This document shows positions 45,811-57,770 of a stretch of DNA of 64,000 bases, piece by piece. The stretch lies in assembly GCF_009914755.1 (NCBI RefSeq), contig NC_060927.1; one strand, 5' to 3'. Under the pieces are notes generated by a model, which searched no databases, had not been told where the DNA came from, and worked only from the letters and a program-made list of their open reading frames with translations. Every line of letters starts with the position of its first letter. Positions within the stretch are counted from its first letter, which is position 1. The DNA comes from the human T2T-CHM13v2.0 reference genome, Homo sapiens. Position numbers and translations under genes: made by a program.

Positions 45811-46042
45811 TAAAAATTATGAATTTAGACAGCTTTCTACCAAAAAGTAATTGTGTTTCTTTTAAATAGATTAAATGAAAGCCTCTTTTTTTGAATAGCA
45901 CAAAATCAGTTTAAATGCTTTCACTTTCAATGGTGAATTTTCAGAAAAATATTGTCCCTAAGTGTTAAGTGTTGGAATGTGAGTCGGGGGGGACAGTATC
46001 ACCTTTTGGGAAGCAAATGATGGGCCTGCTCTGCTTGTGCAG

Positions 46043-46143
46043 GTGTCTCAGCTCCGGCATGAGCTGTCCATGAAGGATGAGCTGCTTCAGTTCTACACCA
46101 GCGCTGCGGAGGAGAGTGAGCCCGAGTCCGTTTGCTCAACCCC
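46043..46143 (+). CDS. TRAK1: TRAK1 exon (VSQLRHELSMKDELLQFY...VCSTP)
   Basis: Acceptor TTGTGCAG, donor CC|GTAAGT, 101 nt, phase 0-2. Confidence 0.96.
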
Positions 46144-47013
46144 GTAAGTCACCAGAGGGCTGTATTTCTGGAGGCCAGAGCACAGGCTGGCCGCTGTTGA
46201 TGTCCTTGGAGTCACCTAGACAGGGTCACCTTCAGCAGCAATGGAGGTCAGCTGCTCTCAGCCTTCTCTGGACCAAACACCTCCAAGTGCCTCAAACAGA
46301 TTGATTTTACTATTTTAGCGGGATATGGATGGACAGGTTTTTAGTTTTCCTTTTCCTGGGTCTTATTGCTTATTTGTCAATTTAGATTGATTTGCCCTGG
46401 CACATTAATGGATAATGGGTTAGGCTCTGCTGTTGGAGAGTATTCAGGGTTCTGGAGCCAGAGGTGCTGTGGCAGGTCCTTGGGACAGAAGGCGTGGTGT
46501 CTTCTCTGAGAGTCAGCAGATCCTCATGTTGGGAGCATGAACTCCAGAGCCCAGTGGGCTGGTTGCAGATCTTGGCTCTGGGACTTACTAGCTGCATGCT
46601 GTTGGCTAGGTTACTTAACCTCTGTACTTGTTTTGTCATTTGTAAAATGGAGATAACAGTAGAACTTAGGTCACAGAGTTATAAGCATTAATTGAGTTAA
46701 AACATACAGAGTACTTACAAATGCATTGTGAGTATTAAATAAACTCCCAGACATCCTGGAATTGTGTAGGCTTTAAACAGAGTTGGTCCCCTGAATTCTA
46801 AGGTGATGTGGCAAGTTGTGGATAAAGGGTTGAGATGTGGGTTCAGAATTGGTGGTGAGCCTGTGCACTGGGGGCGCTGTCTTCCTGGGGTTGGGAGAGC
46901 CGTCTGGTGGGTCATTGTCCTTCCTGCAAGCCCTTCTTTGTGTCTCCACATGGTTTGCCAGGTGGTGGGAGGAAATGCGTCTCCCTAGGTTGTGAGCGTA
47001 CTTTCTCCCCCAG

Positions 47014-47122
47014 GTTGAAGAGGAATGAGTCGTCCTCCTCAGTCCAGAATTACTTTCATTTGGATTCTCTTCAAAAGAAGCTGAAAGACCTTGAAGAGGA
47101 GAATGTTGTACTTCGATCCGAG
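47014..47122 (+). CDS. TRAK1: TRAK1 exon (LKRNESSSSVQNYF...VVLRSE)
   Basis: Acceptor TTTCTCCCCCAG, donor GAG|GTGATG, 109 nt, phase 2-0. Confidence 0.96.
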
Positions 47123-47521
47123 GTGATGTGCCCTCCCTTCTCTTGCCCCTGCTAGAAGGGTGGTGGCCCCATTCGCCTTATCTGGCAAGGACAACCATGG
47201 TTAAGTGCCCTCCTCAAAGCTGGCAGTCTGTGAAGAGCTGTACCAGGCGCTCGGCAGATGTGCCTCCTCTATGCTCTGGGCACTGCCTTCCAGCCCAACA
47301 CATGCCTCCCTGGCTGGGGCAGGCAAACCTGGTGAATGACATGGTGTGTGGACTGGGAAGAGTTGGAGGGCCCCTCCTTCACAGTCACTCCTGCAGTGAG
47401 GTCTCCCATGGTGTTCTCCAGCTCTGACCACAGCACCTGTGGAGAAACCCAGCCTTGTTTTCATGCTGCCACAGATCAGATGCTCAAGGAAGTAGTCCAT
47501 GGGTGCTCAGAGAGAGCCATA

Positions 47522-47827
47522 TTTCTTTTTCTTTTTTTCTTTTTTTTTGAGATGGAGTCTCGCTATGTCACCCAGGCTGGAGTGCAGTGGTGCGATCTTG
47601 GCTCTGCAACCTTCGCCTCCCAGGTTCAAGCTATTCTCCTGTCTTAGCCTCCTGAGTAGCTGGGACTACAGACGCATGCCACCATGCCCAGCTAATTTTT
47701 GTATTTTTAGTAGAGACGAGGTTTCACCATACTGGTCAGGCTGGTCTTGAACTCCTGACCTCAGGTGATCCACCTGCCTCGGCCTCCCAAAGTGCTGGGG
47801 TTACAGGCGTGAGCCACCGTGCCTGGC
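47522..47827 (-). mobile_element. AluS
   Basis: Full dimer. Confidence 0.93.
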
Positions 47828-49320
47828 AGAGTCATATATTTCTTAAACAATTAACTCAAAAAGGTTGAGCTGAGGCAACTTGGGGACTCATGCTTTTGAG
47901 TTTGTTTTATTGGCAAGGCAGTGTGCCAGGCATTTTGCCCACATTTTTTTTTTAGAGTTCACAGCAGGGCTGAAAGCTCGTTACTTTGATTCTCATTGGA
48001 ACGGTGGGCCCCAGGCTGCTAGGTGTTTTGATAACCCGAGGTCATTTGAGTGAGTAAATGACAAAGCTAGGATTTGCAAGTCTGTGACTCTAAGCCCCTT
48101 GTTTTTCACCTTCACCCACTGCCCCTCTCTAGAAACACCGATAGGTGCAAATTTAGTACTGTTTGTCTTAATTAGTGGTGAGTTTCTGTTCTCTAGCCGA
48201 GGTATGGTGTGGTACAGTACGGCCCTGTTTATCAGGCCCCTGTGTGTCAGGTTGGAGCTGTGTGCCCACCTAGGCTGGCCCTGGGTTCTTGAGAGCCCCT
48301 TAATAGTGCAGACCATCTGTCAACTTGAACTTGCCCACACCTTGGTAAGATCTTCATGTCCCGTCTGAACAAGATGCTCTTCTGCACATCTTGTTCTGTT
48401 AGACCTCACCTCTTCCAGCACCTTGTTCACTGATGGGTCATGTAAACCCAGATTGACCAAGAAGTCTGCCTAGGTTTCCTCTGCCAGCCAGTTGCTGGGC
48501 AAGGCAACAGCCCTGTGCTCCCTATTCTGAGTTCAGTGCTACCTCTTCCAGCACCTGCCCCAGGTAAATGCTCCAGCCCCGGGCGCCCAGCAACTCACCC
48601 AAAGCTAGCTGAGGGAATCTGATCCCAGCTACAGATTCCTGCTACCCCACATCCATTTTCTGAAGTGTAATGATTTTCTGGGGCCAGGACTGAGGGCTCA
48701 GAGACACTTCTGTCTAACTGGGGCTCTTGCTTGCTTGCTTGCTTTGCCTCTTTCTCTCCCTCTTTCTCTCCTCCCTCCCTCCCTCTCTCCCTTCCTCCCT
48801 CCCTCCCTCCATGGGAGTCTTGCTCTGTCACCCACGCTGGAGTACAGTGGCGTGATCTTGGCTCAAGCAGCCCTCCCATCTCGGCCTCCCAAAGTGCTGG
48901 GATTATAGGTGTGAGCCACTGCGCCTGGTCTCGGGGCTTCTTCTTTGGGCCTTCAGATCTCTATCATCCCACCCTTTTCAGCCAGGGCAAGTTGTCCAGA
49001 GTCCTGGGGTGGCTCTTGTGCCTCTGCATTTTAATGCTTTTGTGTTGGACCTTGTTCTTACTAAGCTTGAACACAGCAGGTTTAACTCCAACTTGGGACC
49101 TCATATGTTCAGTGCCTGGCACATAGTAAGTGTTAGCCATTCCTGTGTGGTTATCCTTAGGATGCCTGCTGTGGGTAGTGTCCTAGGCACTGTGCGGGTC
49201 ACAGAGCATCCATATTTATGAGCCAGGACAGCCACAAATAACAGATACAATGATAGGATGGTGGTGTTCGTGGTGTTTTTAACAGAGCAAGCTGTAGAGC
49301 ACCTGTGCCCGTAGCTGTGT

Positions 49321-49338
49321 GTGGCGCCCTCTAGTGGT
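49321..49338 (-). promoter_or_regulatory. CTCF core motif
   Basis: Minus strand reads ACCACTAGAGGGCGCCAC, a near-consensus CTCF core. Confidence 0.7.
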
Positions 49339-49555
49339 ATGCGTTTTTCAGGTTTTCAGCTTTGAGTGCACATCCATTATTAAGCTGGGAATTCAGATGG
49401 ACTTTCTGTATTTGAGGGTACGATGGGTGACAGGTGGGGGAATGCTAAGGGCAGCTTCCCAGACCCCAGTTAGCCTTTGCTTTATGCCTCAGCCCTTGCC
49501 TGCACCACCAGGCCAGGTGAGAATGTGGGGCCTCTGACCTGGGTCTTGTCTACAG

Positions 49556-49634
49556 GCCAGCCAGCTGAAGACAGAGACCATCACCTATGAGGAGAAGGAG
49601 CAGCAGCTGGTCAATGACTGCGTGAAGGAGCTGA
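49556..49634 (+). CDS. TRAK1: TRAK1 exon (ASQLKTETITYEEKEQQLVNDCVKEL)
   Basis: Acceptor TCTTGTCTACAG, donor A|GTATGT, 79 nt, phase 0-1. Confidence 0.96.
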
Positions 49635-49893
49635 GTATGTCCCCGCACTGCTGTCTTCTTACTTCCTTGCATCTGCTGTCATGATTAGACAGATTTGCGT
49701 CAGCCTTGCTAAAGTGCAGTCTCCTGCCAGCCTACGGCTCAGCAGCATTTTTCTTAAAACTAGAGGCCTCCCCAACCTTGTGTGGCACCCCCTCTCTATT
49801 ATTTAGTGCTAAGTTGCCAGCTATGTATTATCTCAGTTTATCACTGAGGTGGATATTTAAATTTAATTTTGGCTTTATACTGGAATATTGGAA

Positions 49894-50200
49894 TTTTTTT
49901 TTTTTTTTTTTTTTTTTGAGACAGAGTCTCACTCTGTCACCCAGGCTAGAGTACAGTAGTTGCGATCTCGGCTCACTGCAACCTCTGCCTCCCGGGTTCA
50001 AGTGATTCTGCCAGCTTAGCCTCTCAAGTAGCTAGGATTACAGGCACCCACCATCATGCCTGGCTATTTTTTTGTATTTTTGTAGAGGCAAGGTTTCACC
50101 ATGTTGGCCAGGCTGGTCTTGAACTCCTGACCTCAGGTGATCCACCTGCCTTGGCCTCCCAAAGTGCTGGGATTACAGGCGTGAGCCACCACCCCTGGCC
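49894..50200 (-). mobile_element. AluS with TSD GAATATTGGAATTTTTT
   Basis: Full dimer plus TSD. Confidence 0.93.
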
Positions 50201-50381
50201 AGAATATTGGAATTTTTTAATGCCTAAGTTAGGCCCAGCTACAGAAAACTGTGTTGAAAATGTGGCAGAACAGCTTACTACCAGTAATTTGATTTGTGGA
50301 AGCTGAAGCCAGGGTTCTCACCTTTGCAAATAAATATTTCTCTCCTCCTCTTCATTTTAAGTTTACAAGTTAAGACCAAAG

Positions 50382-50539
50382 GTCAAAATACTAAGTATAT
50401 TGCATTTCGTCAAAGTACTAAGTATTTTGCATTTCGTCAAAGTACTAAGTATTTTGCATTTCGTCAAAGTACTAAGTATTTTGCATTTCGTCAAAGTACT
50501 ATTTTGCATTTCGTCAAAGTACTAAGTATTTTGCATTTC
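50382..50539. repeat. 27-bp minisatellite, ~6 copies (GTCAAAGTACTAAGTATTTTGCATTTC; copy 5 lacks 4 nt)
   Basis: Directly visible head-to-tail repeats; appears as RQSTKYFAF repeats in the ORF track. Confidence 0.95.
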
Positions 50540-51073
50540 AGCAAAATAATGATGAAACACACCTCATGTTCAAATCTAGTCAAGTGAGTTATGACTCTGA
50601 ATATGGGTTGAAAACTCCAAGGAAATTGCACTGTGCAGTCAGTAGTTCCTTTTTAGAACTGGGTGCAGCAGGGGATTCCTGTTTAGTCACATGGGTTCTC
50701 TTGTGTGGAATGTGAGGATGTGGCTAGATGCACTCATGTTTTGTTTGTCACTTTCTATCTGACCACTGGAGCCTTCCTGATTTGTTCTGGGGAGACAGCC
50801 TTGGTTGGTGGGCTTGGGACCCTACACTGAGCTCAGGAGTGCTATCTAATGGGGTGAGATTCTTTTTCATAACTGATTGAGCCCTGAAGAAGCTGCTTTG
50901 CTTCTCCATGTGGGAAAATGGTCATTATGAGTTCCTTCCTGCACCCTCCCCACTCTACCCTGTCTTTTAGTAAGGATGGTTTTTCTTGTGCAAACCACAA
51001 AGAAACCATTCTCTCTGGGTCTGCATGTGTGGTTTTCTGACTTCCTCTCCTGATTGTTGCTTCTTTGTCAAAG

Positions 51074-51204
51074 GGGATGCCAATGTCCAGATTGCTAGTA
51101 TCTCAGAGGAACTGGCCAAGAAGACGGAAGATGCTGCCCGCCAGCAAGAGGAGATCACACACCTGCTATCGCAAATAGTTGATTTGCAGAAAAAGGCAAA
51201 AGCT
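51074..51204 (+). CDS. TRAK1: TRAK1 exon (RDANVQIASISEELAKK...QKKAKA)
   Basis: Acceptor TTTGTCAAAG, donor GCT|GTAAGG, 131 nt, phase 1-0. Confidence 0.96.
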
Positions 51205-51822
51205 GTAAGGCTTCTCTGTTTATCTGGCTGATACAACAATGGCCATGCTGAGACGGGGAAGGGACATTTACTCCAGAAGACAGTGCTCTTTAGTTTCATA
51301 TCTTAGCAGTTCGTGTTGCCGCTTTGCAGAAAAAGCTTAGTGGACTCAGTAGTATAAAACTGATTACCTGAATTGGTGACGAGTCTTATTTGTGACCTCT
51401 TATCTCCTAAAATTATATTGAATTCATTAAAAAGATGTTGTAAATATGGACTTTTGCAGTTTAACTTATGGATCATCTAGTCTAGTATTTGTTTTTACAC
51501 AGTGCACTAGATATGTGCTGCAGTAGAGCAGTATCCTCTTCAGATTTAAGAAGAGGCAGCAAAATGGACTTTGCTATTAGTGTGGGGTAAAATGCTTCCA
51601 GAGAGCTTTGGAAGATGGGGGTGGGGCGGTGGGCTATAGAGAATGAATGTGGATATAGGAAAGACTTTACCTTCAAAATAATATAAAAAGCAGAATTTGA
51701 GTATAAGATGAGCATGTCCTTGTAGAAAGTGATGAGTTCATTACAGATTAGGTTAATAAGAGGGAAAAAGTTGGACTTTTACCAAGTATCTTAGGAAGTG
51801 ATCTATCTTTGCCATGCTTTAG

Positions 51823-51897
51823 TGCGCAGTGGAAAATGAAGAACTTGTCCAGCATCTGGGGGCTGCTAAGGATGCCCAGCGGCAGCTCACAGCCGAG
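51823..51897 (+). CDS. TRAK1: TRAK1 exon (CAVENEELVQHLGAAKDAQRQLTAE)
   Basis: Acceptor ATGCTTTAG, donor GAG|GTGAGC, 75 nt, phase 0-0. Confidence 0.96.
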
Positions 51898-52229
51898 GTG
51901 AGCACCTCTCCCTCATTCCTTCAGTGCCTCTGATTGCAGCCAAGGTGGATTAGCCTTCCCGGACAGCTTTAGTCACGTCCATCGCAACTACTGTTTTTAT
52001 TTTGAATTTCATTTCATTTTTATTCGTGGGAGAGTAAACCCAGTTGCACCTTGGTTCTGTGCCCACTGACACTGTTACTGGTTATGGGCACCTGTGTGGC
52101 AGGGCTCTACACCAGCTGAGCCTGGCACGTGCAGGTGTCCAAAAAATGTTCAAAGAAATGAAACAATACAACACAGAGCACTCTGGGAGAGGAATCTCAC
52201 AGGTGTGGCTTGAAACATGGGTGTGACGA

Positions 52230-52535
52230 TTTTCTTTTTCTTTCTCTCTTTTTCTCTTTTTGAGATGGGGTCTCATTCTGTCACCCAGGCTGGAGTACAG
52301 TGGCATGAGCATGGCTCACCGCAGCCTCGACCTCTCCAGGCTCAGGTGATCCTCCTGAGTATCTGGGACTACAGGTGTGGGCTACCACACCCACCTAATT
52401 TTTGCTTTTTTTTTTTTGAAAGATGAGGTTTTCCCATGTCGCCCAGGCTGGTCTCAGCTTCTGTGCCCAAGCAAACTGCCTGCCTTGCCCTCCCAAAGTG
52501 CTGAGATTACAGCTGTAAGCCATCATTCCTAGCCT
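52230..52535 (-). mobile_element. AluJ
   Basis: Diverged dimer. Confidence 0.88.
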
Positions 52536-52802
52536 GATTTTTCTTTTGCATGAAGTTGGTTTTGTTTCATTTGCCCATTGTTGGTATTTTAGAAGATTTC
52601 TGAGTCTGTAAGCTTGCCTCAAGTCAAAGAAAAAGCAAGCCTTTGAAAATTCTGTTATTTGGCCACAGGCGCACAGGGCAGCTGGTTCCACACGTGCTGG
52701 GGACTCTTAGATTGCTGTGTCTTTCTGGCCTTCGGATGGGCAGATGTGTGTACACCTGGGTGCTCAGGAGATCCTGACCCTCTGTGTCTTTCCTGCCTGC
52801 AG

Positions 52803-52940
52803 CTGCGTGAGCTGGAGGACAAGTACGCAGAGTGCATGGAGATGCTGCATGAGGCGCAGGAGGAGCTGAAGAACCTCCGGAACAAAACCATGCCCAATAC
52901 CACGTCTCGGCGCTACCACTCACTGGGCCTGTTTCCCATG
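52803..52940 (+). CDS. TRAK1: TRAK1 exon (LRELEDKYAECMEMLHEAQEELKNLR...GLFPM)
   Basis: Acceptor TCCTGCCTGCAG, donor ATG|GTGAGC, 138 nt, phase 0-0. Confidence 0.97.
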
Positions 52941-53240
52941 GTGAGCTGTGCTTTCTTCCCAGCCAGAGGACAGGAGGGGTTCTGGTGACAGGAGCACAGT
53001 GTCTGACATTCTGGCCACTGGAGTTGGGTGTTCACAGTTCGCTTCTCGTTGTACAGTTCAGATCTGAGTCTGAATCAAGGACACTTGAATCTGACTGGTG
53101 GTTTCTTAACTACATAAGACAAATTGGTTATTTTCTGTTCCTCTAAATCTGTGGTCTTTTCTACTCCTGCCATTAAAAGATAAATTTAGTAGGAACTTGC
53201 TTTAGTGGGAACCTGAGGTATTTGGAAGATCTGACTCATA

Positions 53241-53306
53241 CAGGTTGAGCATCTCTAATCCAGAATGCTTCACAATCCAAAACTTCCTGAGCACTGACAT
53301 GATGCA
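53241..53306. mobile_element. Tigger4/MER46-type fragment
   Basis: TA-CAGGTTGAGCATCTCTAATCC...GAGCACTGACATGATGC. Confidence 0.55.
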
Positions 53307-54495
53307 TTGTAGACATTTAATAGACATTACGTTTAGACGGATAGTTGGACAGATAGACAGATGGCCTAAAGAGCAAACTCAAGAACTCCTGTGTATTCCA
53401 GCTCTATTTCCATGGTTTGATGAAATGCTAAATGCTCTCTGAGGAGAGAAGAGCTTTTGAGAGAAACTCCCCCAAGTGAGATAGGAGCGGATGGCTGCGT
53501 AAATGCTCGTGAGATTCTGTCCCTTCTGAAATTGGCCTTTTCCTTGGAGCTCTTTCCCTTCAGCCCCCATTGCTGACCCCCAGCAGATACTATCCCCATC
53601 CCCCACTCCTTGTTGTCTGGCCCACCTTCCCTAAATCGTGATTTCTTTTCTTCTTTGCTCCCATGCATCAAAGTCAGGAAGTCAGGCTAGAATAGCCACC
53701 ACCCCCTCTCCGCCTCAAGAAGCTTCACTGAAATCTGAGGGAAACAAAAAGAAAGACATATAACATAGTCAGCTTTCTAGGGCACAGATGGGTGATCCAG
53801 TGATTCCAGGAATCTCAGTAAAAGCAGCAAAGAATATTCAGTCCCCCAAGTTCCCTGATCTAGCGCTAACCACACTTGGCTCACACGCTGGCCTGTGTAG
53901 CTTTGCAGGCTCCTTACCTGGGTTCCCTCCTTCCTGGCTTGTCATCTTGGTGCAGTGAGCTCCTGGCGCTGTCTTGTTTCCTGGGCACCCAGGATCCACT
54001 CCACTGCCTTCCCCACTCTCAAGGGCAGACCTCTCTTTGAAAACTGAACTATTGTGTGAGAAAAGTCGAATTGAAATTTGCATTTCAGTTTCTTTTTGAG
54101 GGATTCTCAGCTTTCATATTTGCTGAGGTAAAGTTTTTGTTTGCCTTTTTCTGTAGCTCTTGGCACAGCCCAGTTTTTGAAGATGGCTATTTTTAAAGTG
54201 TATTATGCATTAAAGGTATTTAAAGCAGTCTAAAGATTGCATCATGCAGAACGCCCAGATCTGCCTCTTTTGCTCCTAGCCATTCTAATCGCTGAATAAA
54301 ACAGTGAGTAGCAGTTTTTGCACAACTATGTTCCCAATTCTCTTGCCCAATGGCAGGAGTTCATCTGGGATCCACAGACGAAATTTGGGGGGGGCCTGTG
54401 AAATTAGTTCCTAATTGTACTCAATATTTCCTTCCTGTATGAAGGTCACCAGGTCACAGTGATATTAGCACTGCTTGTGACTTTGTCATCATTAG

Positions 54496-54846
<351 letters not shown>

Positions 54847-54939
54847 CTATGGCACATTTCAGTTGTTACAGCTGCCTCACAACACCACAGATGCTGATCT
54901 CCACTTCAAAATGACAGCAGTAACCAGTCCTGAACTAAT

Positions 54940-54982
54940 TTCTCTCTCCTTTCTCCTCTCTCTCTCTCTCTCTCTTTCTCTT

Positions 54983-55036
<54 letters not shown>
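54940..55036. repeat. Compound (CT)n(CA)n microsatellite
   Basis: Visible repeat. Confidence 0.95.
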
Positions 55037-55039
<3 letters not shown>

Positions 55040-55212
55040 GTTATATTGATACATATCTGCCTTCTTTTATAATCATAATTTTATTTGCCTAAAAATATTA
55101 TTCCAGGAAGGAGTCCACAGACTTGCCTGGATTGCCAGAGGGGAGAGGGTCATGGCCAAAAACAAGTCACAGAGCCTGCATGTGACTTTTTCTCAGTATG
55201 GCTTTGAAATTA

Positions 55213-55523
55213 CAGTCATCCCTGAGTATCTGAGGGGGATTGGTTCCAGGACCCCCTGCAGATACCAAATCCTTCAATGCCTAAGTCTCTGATATAAAAG
55301 GGCATAGTGTTTGCTTATAACCTATGCATGCCCTTCCACATACAAAAAGATCATCTCTAGATTGCTGGTAATACCTCATACAATGTAAATGCCATGTAAG
55401 GAGTTGTTATACTGTACCGATTTTTAAATTTGTATTATTTTTTGTTTTTTTTCCCCCCAAATTTTCTATCTAAGATTAGTTGAATCTGAAGAAGTGGAAC
55501 CCACAGATACGGAGGGCTGACTG
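55213..55523. mobile_element. MER2 (Tigger-family MITE)
   Basis: TA-flanked TIRs CAGTCATCCCTGAGTATC / GATACGGAGGGCTGACTG; GGATTGGTTCCAGGACCCC core. Confidence 0.85.
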
Positions 55524-55879
55524 TAGTAATTTGACACTTCATTTTTCTTAAGGTGTATGAAGGTCCTTTCTTCTCTATTTGTAAATTATGTGGTGAATAA
55601 CAGTATTAAAAAATAAGCTGGCTTAAAAGATGTCAGACTCACCTAGGGAAGTCCTTACTGGACATAACGTTTAATGGCAATCTGTGGGTAATAATTACAA
55701 AATAAAATGCATATTTGTGAACAAGGACTGAAAAAAGCCTGCTAGCCCTTTATTCATCTCACTTCCTGCTGACTCCTGTGGAGTCTCCCCGCTTGGTTCC
55801 AGCCTCCAGACCGGAGCATCCGCATGGACCATGAAGCTGCTGAGGTGGATGCCCTGGAGTCCCCAGGCGGTATCTGCTG

Positions 55880-56065
55880 GGAAGCCACTGGCCACATGTG
55901 GCTGTGCAAATTTAAATCAATTAAGTTAAAATATAATTACGAATTCAGGTCCTCAGTCACAAGCCACATTTCTTGTGCTCACTAGCCACCCCTGGCTGGT
56001 GGTTTCCACATGTACATATGTCCCAGCACAGAGGATGCGTCCATCATCACAGGTTGTTCTGTTGT
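55880..56065. mobile_element. MER3/MER33-type MITE fragment
   Basis: GCCACTGGCCACATGTGGCT...CTCAGTCACAAGCCACATTTC. Confidence 0.6.
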
Positions 56066-56545
56066 TTAACATGAATTTAGCCTTTCCCTTCAGGTTATCC
56101 TCCATGGATATCCTCCTCTGGTGCTGAACTGGTGCTTTTCTGCACACACTTGGTCCTGTGGGTATCTACCATGTGTAAAGGATTGTGTGTTAGGCTCCAC
56201 CTCCTACAGTGCTGAGTGATGGGTGGTACAGGAGAGGGGACATCCATCTGGCAGCCTTTAATGTTGAGTCTCAGCTTGAGGCCTGGCCCATTGGTGAAGT
56301 GAGAAGCCATCAGTGACTAGCCTTCCCCTGACCCACAAAGCTGGAGAGAGAAACATGTGAGCTGTTGAGAAGAGTGGCAAAGACTTACTGTGTTTGGTGT
56401 CTGCTTCAGAAAAAAATGTGAGATTCCTAGTGGAAACAGGAATCCTACATTTCCTGGGCAGGTTGTTTAAAGGTGGGTGGGCCATGGATAGTTGGCGGTG
56501 AGAGGAACTTCCCTTGCAGGAGGCCAGGGAGGATGAGAGCAGGGA

Positions 56546-56580
56546 CCTAGAGATGGCAGTGCGTGTGACTCACGTCACGT
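56546..56580 (+). promoter_or_regulatory. CTCF-like motif next to an AP-1/CRE-like cluster
   Basis: CCTAGAGATGGCAGT (56546-56560) then TGACTCACGTCACGT (56566-56580). Confidence 0.4.
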
Positions 56581-57173
56581 CTGTAGAGACCCTCTCACTA
56601 GCACAGAACCAGAGTGCCCTTTGGAGGTGGGAAAGGCTTCCCCAGGAGCCGAAGTTGGAGGCCCTTGGTCTATTCTTGGTGTCAGAATCTTAGACACAGA
56701 GGGGGTGTGACAGACCCTGTAGACTAGGGGGACAATAGCTTTGTGTGGCTTGTATGGGCTCTGTTGCCATATCTCACTGTAAGCTCAGAGGTATTTGGAA
56801 ATTCACCTGTCTCCATCATTCTGAACACATCACCCCTCCCTCATAAGTTCTGCATCCCATCTCGTAGCCATGGTTACAGCTCCATGGTTTGGCCAACGGA
56901 GCATAGGGTTTGCTTTTAGACACCTAATGGCATATGAGTCAGCAGCTTTACACTCAGTGCCCAGTGGCACTGCCACACTCAGAACCTGCCTGGGAAACTG
57001 CTCAGCCAGGGTCTCTGACAACAGAGAGTGCTGTTAAGTTTGTGTTGTGGGAAGACCGTGAGCTTCTGATGCCTTGGTTTACTCTCCATGGCCCACCTGG
57101 GTGCATACCTCTTTTAGAGACAGAGCATTTGAATTGGCGCTCACTTGACATTTGTCTTTCTGGCTTTTCCCAG

Positions 57174-57250
57174 GATTCCTTGGCAGCAGAGATTGAGGGA
57201 ACGATGCGCAAGGAGCTGCAGTTGGAAGAGGCCGAGTCTCCAGACATCAC
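57174..57250 (+). CDS. TRAK1: TRAK1 exon (DSLAAEIEGTMRKELQLEEAESPDIT), Spindly-like SLAAEI motif
   Basis: Acceptor CTTTTCCCAG, weak donor AC|GTACGG, 77 nt, phase 0-2. Confidence 0.94.
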
Positions 57251-57449
57251 GTACGGCCACAGTTTTTACAGTTTTGAGATTCCCAGAGACCAACTTGGAC
57301 CAGTGCAGTGTTCAAAACCTAGCAATGTTGAGGCTCTGGGTACCGACAGTGATTGACTATTGTCCTTCCCAGTCCAGATTAAGGGAAATAATAGAACACA
57401 GCTGACAGCATCCCTCAGCTCCTCTTATTATCTTTTGTTAGTGTTAATT

Positions 57450-57770
57450 TTTATTTATTTATTTTTTAGAGATGGGGTGTCTCACTTTATTGGGCACGCC
57501 AGAGTGCAGTGGTGTGATCATAGCTCACTGCAGCCTCGAACTCCTAGGCTCAAGTAATACTGCTGCCTCAGCCTCTTGAGTAGCTAGGACTACAGGCGCA
57601 TGCCACCATTTCCAGCTAATTTAAAAAAATCTTTTGTAGACATAGGGCTTCACCATGTTGCTCAGGCTGATCTCAAACTCCTGGCTTCAAGTGATCGTCC
57701 TGCCTTGGCCTTCCCAAAGTGTTGGGATTACAGGCGTGAGCCACCACTGGCCTGTGAGCCACTGTGCTCC
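57450..57770 (-). mobile_element. AluJ
   Basis: Diverged dimer. Confidence 0.88.

Noticed and set aside
46981-47013. Alternative upstream acceptor CTCCCTAG at 46988
   Set aside because: Would add 25 nt and frameshift; the downstream acceptor gives the recognised protein.
50382-50539. Palindromic 27-bp repeats resembling a CRISPR array; ORF with RQSTKYFAF repeats
   Set aside because: Repeats are head-to-tail with no spacers, in a eukaryotic intron with no cas genes; the ORF is a by-product of the 27-nt unit.
49635-51073. Possible U12-type intron (donor GTATGTCC, AAG acceptor)
   Set aside because: Donor does not match GTATCCTT and no CCTTAAC branch box is evident; treated as U2.
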